From positions 6,406 to 70,405 of IMG/VR virus record IMGVR_UViG_3300012983_000046: 64,000 bases of DNA. The stretch is one strand, 5' to 3'. The stretch is from a virus (lineage: Duplodnaviria; Caudoviricetes). Positions 36,672-46,022 of the stretch are shown here, one piece after another; position 1 is the stretch's first letter; the number at the start of each line of letters is the position of its first letter. Under the pieces are notes generated by a model that saw nothing but the letters and a program-made list of their open reading frames with translations, was not told where the DNA came from and did not search any database. A program made the position numbers and the translations under genes.

Positions 36672-37418
36672 ATGAACGAAAAAAAGTTTAATGCTCGATT
36701 TATTCCAAAAGGCGATATCGAAGCAAACTGGCGAAAAGCCCTTGGGTTTATTCCACATGATAAAGAGATTATTGTATACAAACCCGATGAAAATAATGAG
36801 AAAGCTAGATTAAAAATTGGTGACGGTGTTTCAGGAGTTAATGAGCTTCCTTTCTTCGCTCCTACCTCTACACCTGATTACAATCAGAATGATCCTGAAG
36901 GCGAAGGATATATAAAAAATAGACCATTTTATTCTGACTATGAAATTAAAAAAGTAATAATACCTGAAATAGAACCTGAATTTTACAGTGCCTCAGATCT
37001 TCCAGAAGGCTTTAAGTCGGCGTGCGAATATGGCACAGTTGAAGCACCTATTGGCTCTGGCAATAAGTATATTTGGAATACTGATGATGTTAGTACTGAA
37101 ATCTTGTTTAAAACATGTTATGTGTATGCTAATGAAGATAAAACCTTTTATTATCCTTATATGCTCTATTTTGGAAACCCGCTTATTGCAGGTTTTAGTG
37201 AAGAAACTTTAGAGTACTTAATTATAGATACCTCTTCAAAAGAGGATTATTTTGTAGCATGCCTGCCAGATGGTATTAAGGATATGGAAATTGTAATGGT
37301 ATATCCTGAAAATAAAATACCACAAAAAGTAAGTTTAACATACCCTGATGAAATGGAAACACTGACGATAGTTCCCGAAGGTGAGTATTCTTTTATTGAA
37401 ATGGAAGGAGGAGAGTAA
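36672..37418 (+). CDS. Tail fibre protein with Mtd_N-like N-terminal domain
   Basis: KGDIEANW...RLKIGDGVSGVNELPF; PDYNQNDPEGEGYIKNRPFY. Confidence 0.7.
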   Translation: MNEKKFNARFIPKGDIEANWRKALGFIPHDKEIIVYKPDENNEKARLKIGDGVSGVNELPFFAPTSTPDYNQNDPEGEGYIKNRPFYSDYEIKKVIIPEIEPEFYSASDLPEGFKSACEYGTVEAPIGSGNKYIWNTDDVSTEILFKTCYVYANEDKTFYYPYMLYFGNPLIAGFSEETLEYLIIDTSSKEDYFVACLPDGIKDMEIVMVYPENKIPQKVSLTYPDEMETLTIVPEGEYSFIEMEGGE

Positions 37419-37419
37419 T

Positions 37420-39510
37420 TTGGCTTTAAATGTTTGTTATTTTTTTGCTCTTGGTCTTAATCCAGAAGATAGTAGTAAATATATATTAAAGTTAAATGGT
37501 AAGGTATATCCTGTATCTTTCAGCTATAATAATGACATGAAAGCTTATGTATCAGGTAATACAGAGCTAGTTGGTTTAAAAGCCAATAATTGTACAGACC
37601 CTTATTTCATAGCAATTCAGAATGGCATATTATTAGTGGCTACCCCTGAGCCTGGAAAATATAAAATATCATTGACAGCAGAATCTGTTCCTATGGTTGA
37701 AACTGTACATAAAATCGACGGTAAATATATTGCCGAAGGTGAAGACACTGACCCTTCTGGTTATATGGCTCATGCTGAAGGAGTTAGAACTACTGCGTCA
37801 GGAGTAGCATCTCACTCAGAAAATGTAGATACTACTGCCTCAGGCGACCATTCACATGCTGAAGGCTATAATTCCACAGCTAGTGGGGGCAATGCTCATG
37901 CACAAGGTGCCAATACTATATCTTCTGGTATGGCTTCTCATAGTGAAGGAATTGGTACCCAAGCATCAGGAAATGGTGCACACACCGAAGGTGTAAGTAC
38001 CATTGCTAATAGTGATGCTGCTCATGCAGAAGGTCATACTACTCAAGCAACAGGTATTCACTCTCACTCAGAAGGTAGTGGTACTCATGCTACAAATTAT
38101 GGGGCCCACTCTGAGGGTGTCAGTACTACAGCTTCTGGTGAAGCTGCTCACTCTGAAGGTGCAAATACACAAGCAACAGGTGGCAACTCACATGCAGAAG
38201 GTGCAAGCACTAAATCAAAAGGCGTTGCTACTCATACAGAAGGTGTGCTTACTGAAGCTACCGGTGACGCAGCTCATGCTGAAGGTGTAAACAGCAAAGC
38301 TAGTGGGGCACATTCACACGCTGAGGGTTACAACTCAGTAGCTTCAGGAGTACAAGCACATGCAGAAGGCGGGTCAACTGTAGCTGACGGGTATGGAGCA
38401 CACTCTGAAGGTGTAAGCACTCAGGCAATTGGAGAGGCCTCTCATACTGAAGGATTAAATACTATAGCGAGCGGCAGACATCAGCACGTACAAGGTAGAT
38501 ATAATATTGAAGACACTGAGAACAAGTATGCTCATATTGTAGGTAACGGTGATGCAACTCTTCCTTCTAACGCTCATACACTCGATTGGGAAGGAAATGC
38601 TTGGTTTAATGGTGAAGTTATTGCTAAAAAGTTTTATATTGAAGAAGAAATATTAAAAACTACAACAATAATGCCAGAAACAGAGCTCAGCTATTCTTAT
38701 ACCACTAATCGATCTGTAAATAACGCAAATAACTTTGATGCATTAAAAAGGTATCGAGTTATAGCAGATGGTCAAATATACAATAATTTAGTTTGTTGTG
38801 TATATAATCAAACTGCACTTTATATTGGTAATGGCTATCTTTATAATACTTCACTGCCTAATACTGGCGAGCCTTTTTGTTTTGTTAAATTTTTGAGTAG
38901 TCCTTATTATATTGATGTATATAGAGACTATTGTTATAATGAAAACCATACATACTCTCTAGAAGTAATAGATGAATTTAGAAAAGGTGAGCGATACGAA
39001 GTAGGCAGCAAGGCTAATGAGTCTACTGGAAGAACTGCTCAAACATACGTCATTCTGACTGACATAGAAAATGGCTATGATTATGCTATTCAAATGAAAG
39101 GTGGAAATTTAGTTTCTAAATCTTTACCTGATATTGTAGAAATCACAACACCTCCTACTAAAACTACATATTATCGCGGGGATTTCTTTGACCCAACTGG
39201 AATGGTTTTAACTGCTACACATCCCGATGGTCATACTGAAATTATAGAAGACTTTGAAACTTCCTACTTAGAAGAATCTTTTGATAGTTTAGGTGAAACA
39301 GAGATTGTTATAAAAGCTAAGACGCCTGTTGACTTTGATTTAATCTTAGTAATCAATGTTATTGAGTTTGACCCTGTAGAGGTGTTAATAGACTTTAACT
39401 ATTCAGCAAATGCCGATGGTACTTATACAATAACAGGTTGGAAAGGCACTCTAAGTGGAGAATCTAGTACTGAATTGATTATTCCAAACAATTCATTAAT
39501 TAAGTTGTAA
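37420..39510 (+). CDS. Tail fibre/adhesin with YadA-head (Hep_Hag) repeats and C-terminal Ig-like domain
   Basis: TTG 37420 with GGAGGAG RBS (ORF track starts 37381); ~17 x 14-aa HxEG repeats; TTPPTKTTYYRGDFFDPTGMVL Ig-like motif. Confidence 0.75.
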   Translation: MALNVCYFFALGLNPEDSSKYILKLNGKVYPVSFSYNNDMKAYVSGNTELVGLKANNCTDPYFIAIQNGILLVATPEPGKYKISLTAESVPMVETVHKIDGKYIAEGEDTDPSGYMAHAEGVRTTASGVASHSENVDTTASGDHSHAEGYNSTASGGNAHAQGANTISSGMASHSEGIGTQASGNGAHTEGVSTIANSDAAHAEGHTTQATGIHSHSEGSGTHATNYGAHSEGVSTTASGEAAHSEGANTQATGGNSHAEGASTKSKGVATHTEGVLTEATGDAAHAEGVNSKASGAHSHAEGYNSVASGVQAHAEGGSTVADGYGAHSEGVSTQAIGEASHTEGLNTIASGRHQHVQGRYNIEDTENKYAHIVGNGDATLPSNAHTLDWEGNAWFNGEVIAKKFYIEEEILKTTTIMPETELSYSYTTNRSVNNANNFDALKRYRVIADGQIYNNLVCCVYNQTALYIGNGYLYNTSLPNTGEPFCFVKFLSSPYYIDVYRDYCYNENHTYSLEVIDEFRKGERYEVGSKANESTGRTAQTYVILTDIENGYDYAIQMKGGNLVSKSLPDIVEITTPPTKTTYYRGDFFDPTGMVLTATHPDGHTEIIEDFETSYLEESFDSLGETEIVIKAKTPVDFDLILVINVIEFDPVEVLIDFNYSANADGTYTITGWKGTLSGESSTELIIPNNSLIKL
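37765..38505 (+). repeat. 42-bp/14-aa tandem repeats (xxH(A/S/T)EGxxTxAxGx) x17 plus capping HQHVQGRYN
   Basis: Direct reading of translation. Confidence 0.9.
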
Positions 39511-39530
39511 GCATGGGAGTGGAGACTTAA

Positions 39531-42185
39531 ATGATAAATTTTAGACAATATTATAAAACCACTCATTGTGAAATTCCCGATGGAATAAGGTTAACGACTA
39601 CTAACTTTTATGACACCTTTTATGGCATGAGTAATTTGCGTACTATCTCCTTATCTAATGATATTACAAACATGCCCTATACCTGTCAGAATTGTAGAAA
39701 TTTAACAACCGCGGTTTGTAGTAGGAATGCTACAAACATGCATTATACATATGACAATTGTAGAAATCTAGTATTTGCAGCTTGTGGACCTAATGTAAAA
39801 GCGATGTACAAAACTTACAATAACTGTTGTAATATTAAAACTGCTATATGTGGTCCAAATGTTAAAAACATGGACTATACCTATTGGAATTGCCATAATC
39901 TTAGATCTGCTGCTTGTGGTCCTAATGTGACTACAATGGCAGGTACCTATTGTAATTGCACTAATTTAATACACTCAGTGTGTGGTCCTAATGTTGTGAA
40001 TATGTATGAAACTTACAAAAACTGCTCAAATCTTACAACGGCTGCATGTGGGCCTAATGTAACTAATATGAGTTCAACATATCAGAGTTGTATTAATCTA
40101 AAAACAGCCGTATGCGGTCGTAAAGTAACCTATATGGGTTATACTTATGAGTGTTGTAAAAATATAGCAGAAGCCGTATGTGGTCCTAATGTTACTAGTA
40201 TGTATTACACCTATAGTAACTGCACTAATTTAACAGCGGCGGCTTGTGGGCCTAATGTAACTAGTATGAATCATACTTATCTTGGCTGTACTAATTTAGA
40301 AACAGCTGTCTGTGGGAATAATGTACGAGATATGGATGGTACTTACGTGAGCTGTAATAATCTAACAGAGGCAGTATGTGGACCTAATGTAATTAGCATG
40401 TATTATACTTATAGTAACTGTATAAATCTGAAAGCTGCCGCTATAGGTCCTAATGTGCTTTCTATGGATGGCGCATATGGCTACTGTACTAATCTTACTG
40501 AGGCTGCTTGTAATGAAAAGGTTACTAGTATGCGATTTACCTATCAGAATTGTAGTAACATAGTAAATGCAGTATGTGGTAATAATGTTATCCATATGCA
40601 AGGAGCATATTACAACTGCACAAACCTTAAAAAAGCAGTATGTGGACCTAGTGTAACTAATTTGTATAGTACTTATTCTAACTGTAAAAGCCTTGTAGAA
40701 GCTGTCTGTAATAATAACGTGACTAATATGTCAAATACTTATAATGGGTGTAACAGTCTAAAAAAAGCTGTGAGTGGTCCTAATGTAACTAATATGTACT
40801 ATACTTATGGATACTGTACAAACCTTGCTAACGCGGTCTGCGGTCCTAATGTAACTACAATGGTTGGTGCATACCTTAGTTGTACAAATCTAGTTAACGC
40901 TGCATGTAGTAATAAAGTTACAAATATATCTTATGCTTATTCTGGTTGTACTAATTTAATTACACCTGTTTGCGGCGATAAGGTAATAGATATGGCAGGC
41001 GCTTACTATAATTGTATACACTTAACTAGTGCTATTTGTGGAAATAATGTTGTGTACATGAGTAACGCTTATTATAATTGTACAAACTTAACCGGTACTG
41101 CTATTATTGGTCCTAAGGTAATAAACTCAGTCTATGCCTATTATAATTGTATTAATGTTACTGACGCAATAATCTCAAATGGTGTTATTTCTATTTCTTA
41201 TGGTACCTTTGAAAACTGCTTATCTTTACATAATGTAACCATACCACCATCAGTTACAGAGGTTTATACAGCTTTTAATAATACATCCAGTCTCTCTAAT
41301 ATAGACTTTTCACGGTGCACTTCACTACCTAACTTAAGCACAGGAGTATTCAATAGTGTTAGCCCTAATTGTACTATCACAGTACCTGCAGAACTATATG
41401 ATACTTGGGATAGCAAAAGCGAGTGGAGTAGATATGAGGATAAAATAGTTCCTAATACTTCTGATAAGAGCATTATAGATAAAAATAAAGATTCTTATCT
41501 ACTTGTGTTTAATAAGCCTTTAACCTTAGAATTCTTTACACTAAATTTTGGAGAAGATTTAACAAATACCACAATGTCGGTATCATTTACAACTAGTGAT
41601 TTAATATCATACACAGGCTTTGAAACTACTAAAATAAATAAAGTAAAAGATATACTATCAGTAAACTTTACAGACTTAGGTATAGAAGGTACTACTGATG
41701 TATCTTTGACTATTACTTCTGGTGACTTTAGTTATACAAAAACCTTTAGTATAGAAGTAGTTGAAAAACTTCCAGTTTCTTACAGTGTTGAAGCTGTTGA
41801 AGATGCTAGCTATGGTTTTGAACTTAATTCTAATGGCTACTATGAAAGTAAAAATAAAGGTATACATGACTCCTATGCTTTATGTAAAGTTAATATTATA
41901 AATCCTGCTGGACTTAATGTTTATTTTGACTGTATAAATTATGCTGAGGGTACTTACGACTTTGGTTTATTATCTAAGGTAAATACACCGCTAAGCTTAA
42001 ATAATAGTGCTGATACTTCTGATAAATTACAAAAAAGTTTTTCAGGCCAGCAGTCTCCAAGTATTCAAACAGTTAACTATGGTCCAGTAGAAGGAGTTAT
42101 TTATGTTAAATTCAAAAAAGACTATAGTGTAAGTAGTAATTATGATAGCTTACAATTTAAAGTTAGATTCGAAGAGTCTGCTTAA
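39531..42185 (+). CDS. BspA-like leucine-rich-repeat protein with Cys-rich 22-aa repeats and C-terminal beta domains
   Basis: ~24 repeats of CGPNVTxMxxTYxxCxNLxxAV; ends with YGFELNSNGYYESKNKG...DSLQFKVRF domain. Confidence 0.8.
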   Translation: MINFRQYYKTTHCEIPDGIRLTTTNFYDTFYGMSNLRTISLSNDITNMPYTCQNCRNLTTAVCSRNATNMHYTYDNCRNLVFAACGPNVKAMYKTYNNCCNIKTAICGPNVKNMDYTYWNCHNLRSAACGPNVTTMAGTYCNCTNLIHSVCGPNVVNMYETYKNCSNLTTAACGPNVTNMSSTYQSCINLKTAVCGRKVTYMGYTYECCKNIAEAVCGPNVTSMYYTYSNCTNLTAAACGPNVTSMNHTYLGCTNLETAVCGNNVRDMDGTYVSCNNLTEAVCGPNVISMYYTYSNCINLKAAAIGPNVLSMDGAYGYCTNLTEAACNEKVTSMRFTYQNCSNIVNAVCGNNVIHMQGAYYNCTNLKKAVCGPSVTNLYSTYSNCKSLVEAVCNNNVTNMSNTYNGCNSLKKAVSGPNVTNMYYTYGYCTNLANAVCGPNVTTMVGAYLSCTNLVNAACSNKVTNISYAYSGCTNLITPVCGDKVIDMAGAYYNCIHLTSAICGNNVVYMSNAYYNCTNLTGTAIIGPKVINSVYAYYNCINVTDAIISNGVISISYGTFENCLSLHNVTIPPSVTEVYTAFNNTSSLSNIDFSRCTSLPNLSTGVFNSVSPNCTITVPAELYDTWDSKSEWSRYEDKIVPNTSDKSIIDKNKDSYLLVFNKPLTLEFFTLNFGEDLTNTTMSVSFTTSDLISYTGFETTKINKVKDILSVNFTDLGIEGTTDVSLTITSGDFSYTKTFSIEVVEKLPVSYSVEAVEDASYGFELNSNGYYESKNKGIHDSYALCKVNIINPAGLNVYFDCINYAEGTYDFGLLSKVNTPLSLNNSADTSDKLQKSFSGQQSPSIQTVNYGPVEGVIYVKFKKDYSVSSNYDSLQFKVRFEESA
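39651..41240 (+). repeat. 66-bp/22-aa tandem LRR-type repeat array (~24 units)
   Basis: Recurrent tgtgg(t/a/g)cctaatgt core about every 66 bp. Confidence 0.9.
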
Positions 42186-42220
42186 TTTAATTATAAAAAG
42201 AATTAAGGAGGTTTTTATAA

Positions 42221-43114
42221 TTGATAAATTTTGCACAATACCCTAATATGACTAAATGTATTATCCCGGATGGAGTTAATTTAACAGGTACAGAGCTATC
42301 TTCTTTTTCTAAAAAGATACAGGATATTTACTTGCCTCAAAACACTGTTTTGAATGATATAGGAGGATTTTCTGAGTACTCTAACTTGGTTACAGTAAGT
42401 ATGAATATTGATAATGTTTATAGTATGACCAATACATTTCTTAACTGTATTAATTTAAAAACAACTATTTGTGGTAATAATGTCACAAAGATGACAGGCA
42501 CTTATTATTCTTGCAAAAATCTTACAACAGCACTATGTGGAAATAATGTAACTGATATGAATGGTACCTATTTCGGCTGTCTTAATATTACAACACCTGT
42601 GTGCGGAGATAATGTAGTTAACATGGGGACAATTTATCACACATACCAATATCCAAATAGCTATCATTTTATATACAATCGAGGCACTTACGAGTATTGT
42701 ACTAATCTTACTACTGCTGTTTGTGGAGATAAAGTAACAGATATGAAATGGACGTACGTAGGATGTGAAAACCTTGCTACTGCGGTATGTGGCCCAAGTG
42801 TTGTTAATGCATATAGTACCTATTGGAATGCAACAAATATTAGGGGAAATGCTTATTTTTATTCTCCAAATATCACTAATGCAGTTGGTCTTTTTGGAGG
42901 TAATCGAAATACTGCAAATAGGCTAAATGTTTACATACCAACAAATTCCACAACATTAAATCATTTTCAAAAGTCAGATACGACCTCAATAGTAGAAGCA
43001 ATTATTACTTGGTCAAATAACACAGCTAATAATTGTTTTTATAATACTCAATATAATATTTATATTTATCCAGTAGAAAATATAGCAGCTGCAAAAGAAG
43101 CAAATGGCGACTAG
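42221..43114 (+). CDS. Short paralogous BspA-like LRR protein
   Basis: N-terminus MINFAQYPNMTKCIIPDG matches MINFRQYYKTTHCEIPDG; ~6 CGxNV repeats; TTG start with aaggagg. Confidence 0.8.
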   Translation: MINFAQYPNMTKCIIPDGVNLTGTELSSFSKKIQDIYLPQNTVLNDIGGFSEYSNLVTVSMNIDNVYSMTNTFLNCINLKTTICGNNVTKMTGTYYSCKNLTTALCGNNVTDMNGTYFGCLNITTPVCGDNVVNMGTIYHTYQYPNSYHFIYNRGTYEYCTNLTTAVCGDKVTDMKWTYVGCENLATAVCGPSVVNAYSTYWNATNIRGNAYFYSPNITNAVGLFGGNRNTANRLNVYIPTNSTTLNHFQKSDTTSIVEAIITWSNNTANNCFYNTQYNIYIYPVENIAAAKEANGD

Positions 43115-43122
43115 TAAACACT

Positions 43123-43155
43123 AAAAGACAGTAGACTAAGTCTACTGTCTTTTTT
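43123..43155 (+). terminator. Terminator, 15-bp arms with 1-nt centre
   Basis: aaaagacagtagact-a-agtctactgtctttt. Confidence 0.85.
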
Positions 43156-43184
43156 ACCTTAAAACTAATTATGTTTTTGATTTC

Positions 43185-43194
43185 TGCTAAATTA
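43185..43194 (+). promoter_or_regulatory. Putative late promoter TGCTAAATTA (copy 9)
   Basis: Heads the second tail-fibre operon (GT2 first). Confidence 0.7.
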
Positions 43195-43254
43195 TACAGA
43201 GACTTGAATTTTTAGTCTTTTAAATATCTTAATAAAATTAAGGAGTAAAGGCAA

Positions 43255-44292
43255 ATGAAAAAGTATAATAATAAAATTGATGTAATTATTCCGGCTTATA
43301 ATGTACCTGATGAGATTCTTTTTAGATGTTTAGCTAGTATCGCTTGTCAGGATATTGTTAAGGACCTTGAAGTCACTATTGTAGATGATGCGTCAAAAAA
43401 TCAGAATTATAGAAAAGTTGCTAAGAATTTTGATTCAATTATGAAAATTAATATACTTCGCTATGAGACTAACGGCGGACCTGGAGTTGCTAGGCAATAT
43501 GGTATTGACCACACTTCAAATGGTTATCTTACCTTTATTGATGCTGATGATACTTTTAATGGATCTTTTGCACTCAAAGCTCTACGTAATGGTATTGAAA
43601 TGAATAATGGTCTATACCATACTTGTGTAGGAGTTTTTGATGAAGTTCATGAAGAGGGTCTCGCGCCTGGTGATGGGCCAATTCTTATGGCACACGAACA
43701 AGACTTAGTGTGGATGTTTGGTAAACTTTATCGTAGAAGCTTCATAGATAATTATAAAATTCGTTTCCACAAAAGCTCGCGTGCTAATGAAGATAATGGT
43801 TTTAATACCACTATTCGTTTATGCTCTAGCGACCAAGAACAAATTAATTTTATTGCAGCACATGTTTATTACTGGCATGAAAATCCTAATAGTATCACTA
43901 GAGCTAATGATTGTCAATATAGTTATGGTAGTTCTGAAAGAGATAGCTTCTATGGCTATGTAGAAAATATGATCTACGCAATTAAAGAAGCTAAGAAACG
44001 TAAGCCTTACAACGGTGGTATCACTATGTGGGCAGTAAACTGTATGTTACATATATATGAATATTATATTGAGTGTGTAGCACGTGCAAGTAGTCATGCT
44101 GAAACTAATTTTAAATGGTGTAAAAGATTTTATAACGAAGTTTATAAAAATATAGAACCAGATATTTCTGACGAGATGCTGGCACAGCATTATAATGAAG
44201 TAATGAAAAATGCTTATATGGGAGATAAACTCAATGGAATTATCCCTTGTATGAGTATTTATGAATTCTTAGCTAAATTAAAAGAAGAATAA
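43255..44292 (+). CDS. Family 2 glycosyltransferase (GT-A fold)
   Basis: DVIIPAYN, IVDDAS, NGGPGVARQYG, YLTFIDADD (DxD), NED. Confidence 0.92.
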   Translation: MKKYNNKIDVIIPAYNVPDEILFRCLASIACQDIVKDLEVTIVDDASKNQNYRKVAKNFDSIMKINILRYETNGGPGVARQYGIDHTSNGYLTFIDADDTFNGSFALKALRNGIEMNNGLYHTCVGVFDEVHEEGLAPGDGPILMAHEQDLVWMFGKLYRRSFIDNYKIRFHKSSRANEDNGFNTTIRLCSSDQEQINFIAAHVYYWHENPNSITRANDCQYSYGSSERDSFYGYVENMIYAIKEAKKRKPYNGGITMWAVNCMLHIYEYYIECVARASSHAETNFKWCKRFYNEVYKNIEPDISDEMLAQHYNEVMKNAYMGDKLNGIIPCMSIYEFLAKLKEE

Positions 44293-44322
44293 AATATTAA
44301 TTAAACGGGAAGGATGAATCTA

Positions 44323-45405
44323 GTGTATAAAGAATATGCTTCTAAGGACTATACTCAAGAGCTAGTTTATCAAGCACTGAAAGATACTCAGTCAGATTAT
44401 AATCAAAATAATAGTACAGAACCTGACTATATTAAAAACAGGCCCTTCTATGCTGAAAATGAATACTGGCCAGAAATTGTGTTGGATGAACAACAAATAG
44501 AAATAAATACTGATGGCAGCGGTGTTTTAACAGAATCTATTAGCTTTTGTAATCCTGTAGGTCTTGATAATGATTATAGCATTATTATTGATGAGGATGC
44601 TCCTATAATAAGTAAATTTAATTCAATATATATAGGAGACATGAAATACTTATACTTAGGTAATGGTCATTTAGCCAATAGTGATATTACAGATACGGGC
44701 GATCCTATTTTTATAGCAGCTGATATAACTGGTAGGATAGCCTTAATTATAAGTGATCCTACAATTATAAATGAGGGCACTCACACTCTTAGTATTAAGT
44801 ATGCTCCGGCTTTTAATGATACTATTTTGCTTTTTCAAGACACTCTTGAAGTCTTAGAAGAAAATAAACAAATGAGCTTAGAACAGATATTAGGATATAA
44901 AGCATCTGAAGGTGATCGTCTAAGTTATAAAATAAATGACAATGACCCTATTACTGTAACCTTAGAAAAAAGCCTTATAGAAAACAACACAGATGGTCTC
45001 TTCGCGGGCAATTTTGGTTTAGACCCTACTAATGCGCTTTTAGGCTACTCAGATACTGGTGAAGACTATTTGATACTTACAAATATCAATGAAAACAGCT
45101 TTACTTTAATTTTTAGAAACTCAGGTACCTATGATATTTCATTAAGTCTAATACCAAAAGAAATAGTTCATAAACTAGATAATAAATTTTTAAGCGATGA
45201 TATACTTAATTTACCCTTCACTTTAGATGCTAATGGAAATATTGTAATTGAAAAAGACCTATACTTTGAAGGTATGAATAGCGTAAAAACTCTTAAAGAG
45301 ACCATAGAAAGCTTAACTGAGAGAATTAAAGTTTTAGAAGAGCAGCAATCAACAGTAATGGCTGACTATGCTGAAGCAGCAGAGCTTTTAGGAGGTCTTG
45401 AATAA
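44323..45405 (+). CDS. Tail fibre-related protein
   Basis: SDYNQNNSTEPDYIKNRPFY and VHKLDNKFL motifs shared with other fibres; GTG 44323 fits AAGGA RBS better than ATG 44314. Confidence 0.7.
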   Translation: MYKEYASKDYTQELVYQALKDTQSDYNQNNSTEPDYIKNRPFYAENEYWPEIVLDEQQIEINTDGSGVLTESISFCNPVGLDNDYSIIIDEDAPIISKFNSIYIGDMKYLYLGNGHLANSDITDTGDPIFIAADITGRIALIISDPTIINEGTHTLSIKYAPAFNDTILLFQDTLEVLEENKQMSLEQILGYKASEGDRLSYKINDNDPITVTLEKSLIENNTDGLFAGNFGLDPTNALLGYSDTGEDYLILTNINENSFTLIFRNSGTYDISLSLIPKEIVHKLDNKFLSDDILNLPFTLDANGNIVIEKDLYFEGMNSVKTLKETIESLTERIKVLEEQQSTVMADYAEAAELLGGLE

Positions 45406-46010
45406 TGGCGAAGCTAAGTGAAAAAATTCGGCAGCTAAATCAAAAAGGTGTACAAAACCTGGAAGCCCAGGGTGTAGTACTTCTATCTAATGCTAAAACT
45501 TCAACTATTATTACATCTATACTTGAAATAGTAGGTAATGATGACAATGAATATAAAAGTATCGAATTTATTGATGATTCTACTTTAAAGCTAATTGATG
45601 AAGAGAATTTAAGTCATGAAATTAAATTAGAGCTTGCAGATGACCAGATAGTAAATATCACTTATGATGGTAAAACTCTTGATTTTCAGTATAACGAAAC
45701 AGGTGCTTTAGAGTACTTTGGTGAGACAGAGATAAATCTAGGTGAATTACCATCAAGTAATAATGAACCTGACTATGCAAGCATATCTTATGAAGAGGAT
45801 AATACTGTTACACTTTTAGACAATGCTGGTAACGAGAAGAAAATGACTTATGCCTATGAAGAAGGTAAGATAACTAGTTTAAATTATGATGATACAGTAA
45901 TAGATATACAGTATAATGAAAATGGTGACCTTATAAAAATTGGGGATACCTCAATAGACTTAGCTATATTAAATTTGGATAGTCAGCCTGAAGCTGCTTC
46001 TACTATATAA
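45405..46010 (+). CDS. Tail-associated protein with two ~65-aa internal repeats
   Basis: YKSIEFIDDSTLKLID... and YASISYEEDNTVTLLD... repeats. Confidence 0.7.
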   Translation: MAKLSEKIRQLNQKGVQNLEAQGVVLLSNAKTSTIITSILEIVGNDDNEYKSIEFIDDSTLKLIDEENLSHEIKLELADDQIVNITYDGKTLDFQYNETGALEYFGETEINLGELPSSNNEPDYASISYEEDNTVTLLDNAGNEKKMTYAYEEGKITSLNYDDTVIDIQYNENGDLIKIGDTSIDLAILNLDSQPEAASTI

Positions 46011-46022
46011 GGAGGTTAATAA

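Noticed and set aside
39651-41240. CRISPR-like array
   Set aside because: The 66-bp and 42-bp periodicities are in-frame protein repeats without identical repeats or unique spacers.
39531-43114. Diversity-generating retroelement acting on the LRR or fibre genes
   Set aside because: No reverse transcriptase in the window, no near-identical TR/VR pair seen, and repeat units differ at all four bases rather than only at adenines. A TR elsewhere in the genome cannot be excluded.
44271-44280. AGCTAAATTA as a twelfth late promoter
   Set aside because: Lies inside the GT2 coding sequence, has A at the first position and a different downstream context.
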